Origin: Opitutales bacterium
Lineage (GTDB): Bacteria; Verrucomicrobiota; Verrucomicrobiia; Opitutales; UBA2987
Reading direction: 5' to 3'
DNA: 64,000 nt
Assembly (NCBI GenBank): GCA_965226885.1
Contig: CBDDEL010000009.1
Span: 32,001 to 96,000 of the forward strand
Shown: in pieces, positions 54,240-64,000 of the stretch
Numbering within the stretch: the first letter of the stretch is position 1
How the letters are laid out: each line of letters begins with the position of its first letter
The notes under the pieces: generated by a model
The model's database searches: none
Seen by the model: only the letters and a program-made list of their open reading frames with translations
Told to the model about the DNA's origin: nothing
Made by a program: the position numbers and the translations under genes

Positions 54240-55811
54240 TCTTCCCTCCCAATGGGCCCGCCACTCTCGATCTCCTCATGAATGTTTTCTTCGGTGACTT
54301 GCGATAAGAGTTCATTGAGGTCATATTCCGTTTTCTTTAACGGTTTTAGGACGATGCATCCGTCGGTGTCGGCAATTTCCAGGCCGGAACCCTCTTTTAG
54401 TTTGGCGGATCGAGCGATCCCGCTGGGTATCCTGACGGCAAGACTATTGCCCCATTTGCTAACTGAAATGGACGGGGAAAACTGGACAGTGGAATAAGGT
54501 GGTCTTGAACCACTAAATCCGCTAACCTATGAATGTTATTAAATCACGAAAGAGAAGACAATACAGTGCTGAGTTTAAAGCCCGAGTGGCCCTGGAAGCC
54601 ATCAGGGGCGCTCATACCATCAACGAGATCGCCGGTCGTTTTGAGGTGCATCCCAACCAGGTGACCCAATGGAAGAAGCAGCTTTTGCAGGGAGCAACGG
54701 AGCTGTTTTCGCGCCAGCGGCAGACTCTCAGCAAGGACAACGAGACGGAAAAAGATCACCTTTACCAGGAGATTGGAAAGCTGAAAGTAGAATGCGATTG
54801 GCTAAAAAAAAAGTCTGAACAATTCGGTTGGTGAGAGGCGCAAGATGGTGCAACCACTTCAAGGAAAAATCAGTATCGGCAGGCAATGTCAGTTGCTGGG
54901 GCTGGCCCGCGGCAGCTATTACTATCGGGCCCGTGCCCAGTGCGAGCAGAACGTTCTCTACATGCATCGCATGGATGAGCTCTACACCCAATATCCGTTT
55001 TTTGGTTCTCGCCGGATGACCCAGTGGCTGCGTCGAGAGGGCCATGCAGTGGGACGAGGCCGCATCCAGCGGCTCATGCGCCAAATGGGCCTGGAGGCTA
55101 TTTATCCGCGTCGAAACTTGAGCCAGGGGCACCGGCAGCACCGCATTTTCCCTTATCTGCTGCGGGGTTTGGCGGTCGAGCGGCCCGACCAGGTATGGTG
55201 CAGCGACATCACTTACCTGCGGCTGAGCCGAGGATTCCTTTTCTTGACCGTGGTGTTGGACTGGTTCAGCCGCTACGTGTTGAGCTGGCAGCTTTCCAAC
55301 ACCCTGGAGAGCCGCTTCTGTGTGCTCGCCCTGGAGGAAGCTCTGAGGCGGGCCCAACCTCAAATCTTCAACACCGATCAAGGCAGCCAGTTTACCGGCA
55401 GCGAGTTCACCTCGGTGCTGGGGCAAGCCGGGGTGCGCATCAGCATGGACGGGCGTGGCCGCTACCTGGACAACATATTTGTTGAACGCTTTTGGAGAAC
55501 CCTCAAGTATGAAGACATTTACCTGCGCGAATACGCCACGGCAAAGGAAGCCAGCGAAGGGATAGCCCGCTACCTGGACTTCTACAACCACCTGCGCCCC
55601 CACCAAGCCCTGGGCTACCGGACCCCGGCCGAAGTCCATGCAATCGGAGCAAAACCAACCTCCCCGCCAATACAGCTTGCGGGCACCTGCGTGCCCGTCT
55701 TTGGCTAAGGACAAAATATATTTTTAAAAAATAATATGAACACGATTTCCACCTTAATCCCACGTCAAAATTGTCCAAACAACCCCGTCCACTTCAAACC
55801 TTAACTTCCAT
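54233..55811 (-). pseudogene. mazE: MazE/AbrB antitoxin, split after codon 5 by IS3-B
   Basis: Rejoined MEVKVSKWGNSLAVRIP...YDLNELLSQVTEENIHEEIESGGPIGREEW. Confidence 0.9.
54464..55796 (+). mobile_element. IS3-family element type B, copy 2
   Basis: Same ends as 40000-41332, TSD AAC; orfA 54529-54834, orfB 54845-55708. Confidence 0.95.
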
Positions 55812-55813
55812 GA

Positions 55814-55830
55814 GTATCCAATGTATCTAC
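55814..55830 (-). promoter_or_regulatory. Possible mazEF operator
   Basis: GTAGATACATTGGATAC just upstream of the mazE ATG resembles the GTATCTAC-type boxes of mazEF promoters. Confidence 0.4.
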
Positions 55831-56131
55831 TTTTTTCGTACTGTCAATTGGCATTTCCGTCACTGGATACTGGATATTTTTACCACGGATTACGCGAATA
55901 GGCACAGATAAATAGGCACAGATATTGTGTTTAATTGCGTTTTTAGGTGATTTTTTGGATAATGAAGGGGTTGGGGAGTGCTGAAGATGCCTTTTGTGGG
56001 TGTTTTTTTGAAGTTTATTCAAACGCATCAAACGGAGCCAACCTATCCACTGACGGTTTGTTGTTTTTCTGATATCATGTTGCTCGTAACCATTTTTAAC
56101 AAACTACTAACCAAAATTTTTTTGACGACTG

Positions 56132-57937
56132 ATGAATCTTAATGATGACAATGCTATGAACTTACAGTTTTTAGAGAAGAACTTGAGGGGCTGTTGGCTC
56201 GGGTTTGCCCGTATTTTTGTTGGTGGCGTTTTGATTTTGATGGCCGGCGCCGGCGCGAGTGTGGCAATGGCGGCTGGCGAGAATGCTGTTATTATAAGCT
56301 CGATGGCGAGGTTCCACCCGGCCGAGGGGCGGCTGGGGATGGTGGCAACGCAGGAAGCCCATGCCACCAGGGCCGGGTTGGTTGTGTTGAAAGAGGGTGG
56401 CAATGCGGTGGACGCCGCCGTCACGGTGGGGTTTACCCTGGCCGTGACTTTGCCCCGCGCAGGGAATATTGCGGGGGGCGGGTTTATGCTGGTCCATCTG
56501 GCCGAAAGGGGGGAGACCATTGCCATCGACTACCGGGAGAAAGCCCCGGCAAGGGGTTTCCGGGACATGTTTCTGGATGAAAAGGGTGAGGCGGACGCGA
56601 ATAAATCCCGATATAGCCATCTTGCCGTGGGGGTGCCGGGAACGGTCAGGGGACTGGCCCTGGCTTTGGAGAAATATGGCAGCATTTCCCTTTTCCGGGC
56701 TTTGCAGCCAGCAATTGAATTGGCAGAAAACGGTTTTCCAATGAGCGAGGGAATGCGAAAATCCCTTCACGCGGCACGGGAGCGTTTGCAGACTTCGCCC
56801 GCCGCCAGGGAGGTGTTTTACAAAGCGGACGGCGGGTCGTATGAGGCCGGTGAAAATTTTATCCAGAAGGACCTGGCGGCAAGCCTTCGCATGATCGCAG
56901 AGAATGGCCCCGATGCTTTTTACGCGGGTTCCATCGCTGCCAAAATCGCCACCGACATGGAGTCACATAGCGGTCTCATTTCCCTGGAAGACCTGGCGGG
57001 TTACGAGGCGGTCATCCGTCCCGCGGTGAAGGGCCTTTACCGGGGTTACGAAGTTTTCTCAATGCCGCCGCCGAGTTCGGGAGGGGTGCATTTGGTGCAG
57101 ATTTTGAATTTGCTCGAACCCTATGATTTGAGGGCTATGGGGCAGAACTCCGCCGAGGCCATTCACTTGATGGCGGAAACGATGAAACTGGTTTATGCCG
57201 ACCGCTCCAAGCATTTGGGCGATCCTGATTATGCGCAGGTACCGGTGGAAGGATTGATTTCCAAAGAATACGCCCGTCATCTGCGGTCGAAAATCATGAG
57301 GGACCGAGCAACCCCGAGTGAGGCTATCGAGCCGGGTGCACCTCAAATGTTTGAGGAAAGCGAGGAAACGACTCATTTTTCCATCATTGACCGTTGGGGC
57401 AATGCGGTGGCCAATACCTATACTTTGAATTTGAGCTACGGGAGCCATTACATGGTGCCGGGGACTGGGTTTTTGCTCAATAATCAAATGGATGATTTTT
57501 CCGCCAAGCCGGATTCGCCCAATGCGTTCGGCTTGTTGGGGGGCGCCTTCAACGCAGTGGAGCCGGGCAAACGAATGCTCAGTTCGATGACGCCCACTAT
57601 CGTCCTGAAAGACGGCAAGCCCTTTTTAATAACAGGAGCAGCCGGAGGCAGCCGCATCATTTCCACCGTCACGCAGATCGTGGTGAACGTAATCGACCAT
57701 CAAATGAACATCGCTGAAGCCACTTACGCGCCTCGGGTCCATCATCAATGGCAGCCGGACGAACTGCGGGTGGAGACCGGCCTGAGCCCCGATACCATCA
57801 AATTACTGGAGGAGAAAGGGCACACTGTGGTCATAAAAAAGACGATGGGGGCAGCGCAAAGCATTCATGTGCGGTCCGGGAATATTAACGGCGCTTCCGA
57901 TCCGCGAAGGGAAGATGCGCTTACGGAAGGCTATTAG
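56132..57937 (+). CDS. ggt: Gamma-glutamyltransferase, secreted (start uncertain)
   Basis: GGNAVDAA, IDYREKAP, ETTHFS cleavage Thr, NNQMDDF, PGKRMLSSM. Confidence 0.95.
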   Translation: MNLNDDNAMNLQFLEKNLRGCWLGFARIFVGGVLILMAGAGASVAMAAGENAVIISSMARFHPAEGRLGMVATQEAHATRAGLVVLKEGGNAVDAAVTVGFTLAVTLPRAGNIAGGGFMLVHLAERGETIAIDYREKAPARGFRDMFLDEKGEADANKSRYSHLAVGVPGTVRGLALALEKYGSISLFRALQPAIELAENGFPMSEGMRKSLHAARERLQTSPAAREVFYKADGGSYEAGENFIQKDLAASLRMIAENGPDAFYAGSIAAKIATDMESHSGLISLEDLAGYEAVIRPAVKGLYRGYEVFSMPPPSSGGVHLVQILNLLEPYDLRAMGQNSAEAIHLMAETMKLVYADRSKHLGDPDYAQVPVEGLISKEYARHLRSKIMRDRATPSEAIEPGAPQMFEESEETTHFSIIDRWGNAVANTYTLNLSYGSHYMVPGTGFLLNNQMDDFSAKPDSPNAFGLLGGAFNAVEPGKRMLSSMTPTIVLKDGKPFLITGAAGGSRIISTVTQIVVNVIDHQMNIAEATYAPRVHHQWQPDELRVETGLSPDTIKLLEEKGHTVVIKKTMGAAQSIHVRSGNINGASDPRREDALTEGY

Positions 57938-57948
57938 CATTACGTTGA

Positions 57949-59352
<1,404 letters not shown>

Positions 59353-59365
59353 TTAAAAAATAACT

Positions 59366-59848
59366 TTACTCCTGGCCCTCATTAATCATACGGGTCCATT
59401 CCAATCGGGCCTTAATCATATAGGCTTTCGGGTTTTTTTTCCAGATTTCGAGGATTTCCCGGTTTTTCATGACGTAGAGCTTTCCGTCCTCGATAAAAAA
59501 AGCTTCTGGATCGCAGGTAACCGCCTCCCCTTTAGCAACGGCCAGGGCGCAATAACCGCCGAAGGTGGGCGCATATTTTTCAGGGTACTTTTTGAACAGA
59601 CGCATGTTGGACTTTGAGTGAAACCTCCATACCGCCCCATGCCATTCAATGCTGTTGGCGGGGCTGCCTTTGACCGGTCTGCTATTTAAGAAATAAGCCA
59701 CCGTGTCGTAGCCGCTTAAAGCAATATTTTCCTGGGATACACTGATGGGGCGGAATCCCACCAGCAATGGGCCGAAAATGCCCACCGTCAGCAGCAAATA
59801 GAGGTTAAGCGGCCATCGGGACTTGCCTTTGTTGATTTGAAAATTCAT
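59366..59848 (-). CDS. YHS domain-containing protein
   Basis: GYDTVAYF, PVKGS, WRF, PEKYAPTFGGYCA, DGKLY. Confidence 0.85.
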   Translation of the reverse strand: MNFQINKGKSRWPLNLYLLLTVGIFGPLLVGFRPISVSQENIALSGYDTVAYFLNSRPVKGSPANSIEWHGAVWRFHSKSNMRLFKKYPEKYAPTFGGYCALAVAKGEAVTCDPEAFFIEDGKLYVMKNREILEIWKKNPKAYMIKARLEWTRMINEGQE

Positions 59849-59877
59849 GGGAATCGTGAGTTTCGCCCGCTATATTA

Positions 59878-62828
59878 GAGGCTGTCCCAAAAATATAAAG
59901 ATTTTATAGTCAACTGGATGACGTTGATAGAAAGAGCCGGAAAGAGCAAGTTTTTGCTCGATCCGGCCAAAAAAGGGTTCTATAATTGAGTTAGCGAAAA
60001 TCAATATAGCCCTTTCTATGAAAAATATAGCCATCCAATGCCTCCTGCGTCCAGCTTTAACTGTGGTCGACCGGTGCCTCGATTACGATAACTTCCGCGC
60101 CACCATTGATCGAATCGATCGGCTGCTGATCGACTCGGAGGTGGAATCGCAGGCCATTGAGCTGGCCTTGGAGGGGTGGCAGCCAATGGGTCTAAAGGCC
60201 CGGCGGCAGCGGGCCAGTTTTGCCATCAAGGCACTGCGCATGGATACGCTGGGCCGTCTGCTCGGAGGGATTTCGTTTCGGCATTTGTCGCGGGCTCTGG
60301 GCAGCAGCGATCTGTTGGCCGACTTTTGCCGTGTCCGGCAGATCGATGGCATCAGGGGCATCTCCAAAAGCACCCTGGAGCGGGCCTCGAAGTTTTTCAG
60401 CGAAGAGCAGTTGAGGGCCTTGCACCGGACCTTGACTGAGGTGGTGGGCGATGCCCTTCTGGCCCGGCAGGTGGGATTGGACAAGCCGATTGACACCACC
60501 ATTTGCCTGATCGACGGCACCTGTTTGGAGGCTAACATTCATTGGCCGACGGACTGGGTATTATACCAAATCTCATTAGGTATGATAATAAGTTATTTGG
60601 CAGAAGCGTTTGCTTGAATGTGCTGCCAGCCTCCGCCAACTAAAGAGAGGACTTTTTCAGTGTCCTCCCACCAGTCTTTGAGATGGGTTGCGACGACTTC
60701 TTCGAGTCGCTCAATGCTCGGCCACAGTTTGTTGGCCGTTTGATCCTGTATCATATCCCAAAGTCTTTCAATCGGGTTGAGTTCAGGACTATACGGCGGC
60801 AGATTCACGATATGTATGCCCGGGGGGACGTTGGGGTGCTCCGAGTCGTGCGGATGGAAGCCTGCCCCGTCCCATACAACCACATGTTCCTCCTCAGGAT
60901 ATTGCTTTTTGATCTGTTGGAGGAAAGCCTCCGTCCACTGTAGATTCGTGCTAGGGGTTTGGATGCATACCATCTCGCCGTTGACCACGTCGAGGGCTCC
61001 GTAACAGTAGCTCCACTGGTATCTTGTCTGATATTTTTTGTGCGGCCGAAGCCCTCTTTGCGTCCAGCACCGGCGGTACACCGGAAGCAAACCAAAACGG
61101 CTTTCATCGGCAAACCACACCCGAACCCGATTGCCTCGGGTGAGGGAAAGCTCCTGGAGGATCTTAAAAAAGTCTCGCTTGAACGCTTCCGCTTTTGCCG
61201 AGTCCCGTTTCTCATGCACGGGGCGAGGGACTCGAAGCACCCCGGCGCATTTTTTTAGCCATCGCCACACCGTCTTGTAGGCGAAGGAGCGCCCGAAATG
61301 TCGCTCCAGCTCTTGCCCCGCCTGAACGGCTGTGTTCCAGCGCGCGACCTTCAAACCATTGAGCAAGAAGGCCTCCACCTCTTTGTCGCAACGGCTTTTG
61401 ATCCCGCCTTTGTAGGCGCGTGTAAGCACCGCCCCGAGCCCTGCAGCACGATATTTGTCAAACCAACGCTGGATCGTCGCTTTGCCTCGGCCCACGATGG
61501 CTCCAATTTCATCAATGCTGTGGTGCGGCTGGAAGCCCATTTTTAATGCCACCAAACGCTCTTTACGCCAGCCGACAGCCTCTTTGTTGAGCAATTTCTT
61601 GATACGTTCACGGTCTTCATCGGTTCCCATATATCTTCTCATTCCGCCTTTATAGCTGTTTTTTAATCTTTATCAATCCTTTTGCGATTTGGTATTACTC
61701 AAGGATGTAGCCGGCACGTTGCTCAAAGCGATCCGGCTGATCCGCGAGAAGGCCGGTTTGCGCCATCGCATGCCGATCGAACCGGAGCCCTTGGCTCGGC
61801 AGATGAATCGGCTGTGCATACAGATGACCCACAGCCGGCGGCGAAAGGACAGCGCGCGGCAGCGCAAGGGTATCTTGAGGCAGATGAAAAAGCTGCTCAA
61901 ACGGATCGGGGAGCATGCCCGCAGTCACCGGGAATTATTGCAAGCCTGCTGGGAGCAAAGCGATTACAGCGAAAAACAGGTCCAACAGATCCTCGCCCGG
62001 ATGGAGCGCATGAGCGAGCAAATCCCGGTGGTCATCAAACAGGCGCACGAGCGGATCATTGGCGGCCGCCAGGTGAAAAACGCAGAGAAAGTCTTGAGTG
62101 TTTACGAACTCGATGTGCAGGTGATTGTGCGAGGTAAAGCGGGCCAAGAGGTCGAGTTCGGCAACACCCTGTTTTTGGGAGAAAGCGTTGAAGGGTACCT
62201 GCTGGACTGGAAACTCTACGGCAGCCGAACTCCAAGCGAAAATGAACAGATGCAAGAGAGTTTGCAAAGACAGAACCGCTTCAACCTGGAAGAACCCATA
62301 GCGGCCATGTGCGCGGACCGGGGATTTGCCTCCCAGCGGGCCCGCCGGCAGTTAGCCCAGGAGGGAATCTACGACGCGCTCTGTCCACGCGATCCGAAGC
62401 AGTTGAAAAAACGGATGGAGGAACCACTGTTCAGACAATTGCAAAAGCGCCGGGCCAGCACCGAAGGGCGGATCGGGGTATTGAAGAATCGCTGGCAGGC
62501 CGGGCGGTTGCGCAGCAAAGGCTTTGCCAACCGCTCGATCAGCGTAGCCTGGTCGGTACTCTCGCACAACCTATGGAAAGTAGCCAAGATGCTGGCCCAG
62601 CAAGACGAACTAAAAACCAAAGCGGCGGCCTAGAGAGCGGAAAAGCAAGGACAATACTTTTTCACAGCCGTACTGTCGGCTCATACAAAGAAAACCAGGC
62701 AACCGGACCCCAAAACCAGTATCCTAACGTCATAGGAGAGCAAAGTTGATACTCTCCCAAATGCAAATACCTCTAAAATGAGCGCCTATCAAAAGCCCTC
62801 GCAAAAATCACCCTTTTGGGACAGCCTC
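59878..62828 (+). mobile_element. IS5-like/ISNCY element, copy 2, interrupted by IS630-B
   Basis: Same IRs, TSD TATATTA; transposase split 60018-60563 and 61695-62633. Confidence 0.92.
60564..61694 (-). mobile_element. IS630-family element type B
   Basis: IRs TACCAAATC / GATTTGGTA, apparent TSD TTA; transposase 60593-61642 (FADESRFG, WDGAGFH, LPPYSPELNPIE). Confidence 0.92.
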
Positions 62829-63102
62829 TATATTACAAAATCTATCCCTTGACTCAAGTTAAGATACGGACCTTTTGAACGGACATCTACTCAATAATCT
62901 ATTCGACGCTCGAAAACCGGAATCCTTACAAATATGGATGCCCTGTTTGTTTAGACTTTTGTAAAAGGAAAAGTGGCCCGAACTGTCAAGCCAATCAAAC
63001 TCCATCTTCGCCCGAATTTATTTTAATTTTCCCGAATAAGAGCGATGTTATTAATTTTAAGTGGACAACTCGTGTAGTTTAAATTTTAAGATTGGCCCAA
63101 CA

Positions 63103-63348
63103 ATGGATAAAGATAAAGCAACCGAAAAACTCGTCTCCAGGAAAGGGCTGATCATCGATTTGGTTTTGGCCGCAATGTGGTTTGTTTTTTTTGCGTTCAT
63201 TTTGCGCCCCCATGTGCCGGCGCAATCCGAAACCTACCAGATAGTCATCGCCATCTTTACCTCCTCCTGTCTGACGGGAGTTTTCTGGATCGCCCTTTCC
63301 ATGTTCAGGGTAGTCCGGGTTGACTATATGCGGCGGGCCAACGACTGA
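63103..63348 (+). CDS. Small hypothetical membrane protein
   Basis: Two hydrophobic helices; start set at MDKDK. Confidence 0.55.
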   Translation: MDKDKATEKLVSRKGLIIDLVLAAMWFVFFAFILRPHVPAQSETYQIVIAIFTSSCLTGVFWIALSMFRVVRVDYMRRAND

Positions 63349-63392
63349 ATTTTCCGTTCAGCAACAATTTCGTTTGTAAGATGTTCCGGTGA

Positions 63393-64000
63393 TCAAGCAT
63401 CGGCCATGGCCGTCGAGTTCAGGGTTCGTTTGTAAAGGTAATAGATCACAGCCAAGGTGAACAATAGCCCTGGATAAGCCGCCCACGGCTGTTCCCCAGG
63501 CATGCGATCCTGAAAATAGACCGCCGCCCCGGCAATCAGAACCCCCATCAAGGCCTCTCCTGTGATCAGACCTGAGGCTAGTAACAGCCCTGAATTGGCC
63601 CGCATCTGCTGCAATTCAGGCGACAGCGGTTTCGATTTGCGCTGTACCAGAAGAGACAGCAAACCCCCTGTAAAAATGGGTACGGACAATCCCAAGGGCA
63701 GGTAAATACCCACCGCCACGGCCAATACCGGTAACCGGAAGGAAGATCCGCGCCGGGCCTGGATCACATCCAGAATGATGCAGGCCACGGCCAGGCCGAA
63801 ACCCATGAAAATGAATTTCCAGTTGATGCCGGCTCCGAATATGCCCGTGGCCAGGTCCCGCATCAACCCCGCCTGCGGCGCCGACAAGGCCACAGCGCCC
63901 TCTCGGATGGGTCGGCCGATTCCCTGCCCGGCGTCCAGTATCTGCAAAATCAAGGGGATGACGGCGGCTGCCGAAACGACTCCGACAACCTGAAAAATCT
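63393..64000 (-). CDS. OPT family oligopeptide transporter, 3' part
   Basis: LSAPQAGLM, LAVAVGIYLP, LLASGLITGEALMG; open at the window edge. Confidence 0.88.
   Translation of the reverse strand, partial: IFQVVGVVSAAAVIPLILQILDAGQGIGRPIREGAVALSAPQAGLMRDLATGIFGAGINWKFIFMGFGLAVACIILDVIQARRGSSFRLPVLAVAVGIYLPLGLSVPIFTGGLLSLLVQRKSKPLSPELQQMRANSGLLLASGLITGEALMGVLIAGAAVYFQDRMPGEQPWAAYPGLLFTLAVIYYLYKRTLNSTAMADA

Noticed and set aside
55862..55924. Short repeats (ACTGGAT x2, CCACGGAT...GCACAGAT) as a CRISPR array or ORF
   Set aside because: Too short, no spacers; resembles common intergenic low-complexity repeats

Overview
Bacterial chromosome segment, probably Verrucomicrobia/Opitutales-like (inferred from the double-length UvrA, short EF-Ts and a Verrucomicrobia-type C-terminal domain on the surface protein). 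Intact housekeeping blocks (mreBCD-mrdA, tRNA-Met, rpsB-tsf, uvrA, ggt, eno) alternate with accessory DNA shredded by a recent insertion-sequence burst. I count 18 IS copies plus 2 end fragments of 8 types (IS5-like, two IS3, IS1380, two IS1, two IS630), about 23.5 kb or 37% of the window, often nested, and I resolved ends and target-site duplications (TSDs) by eye. Three hidden structures emerge when the IS are removed: (1) an integrase-less integron cassette array with three attC sites (GNAT, DUF1330-like, a 68-bp ORF-less unit, sulfotransferase); (2) a single in-frame ORF of at least 1667 aa for an LRR/cadherin-like/NIDO-like surface protein broken at five points by seven IS; (3) a mazEF module with both genes knocked out next to an intact hicAB. 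Smaller signals: a pseudoknot after the IS1380 transposase stop, a 146-bp MITE-like palindrome before uvrA, heptamer repeat arrays, recurrent short tandem duplications and an atypical initiator-type tRNA-Met. All family calls are by motif recognition; no database search was run.
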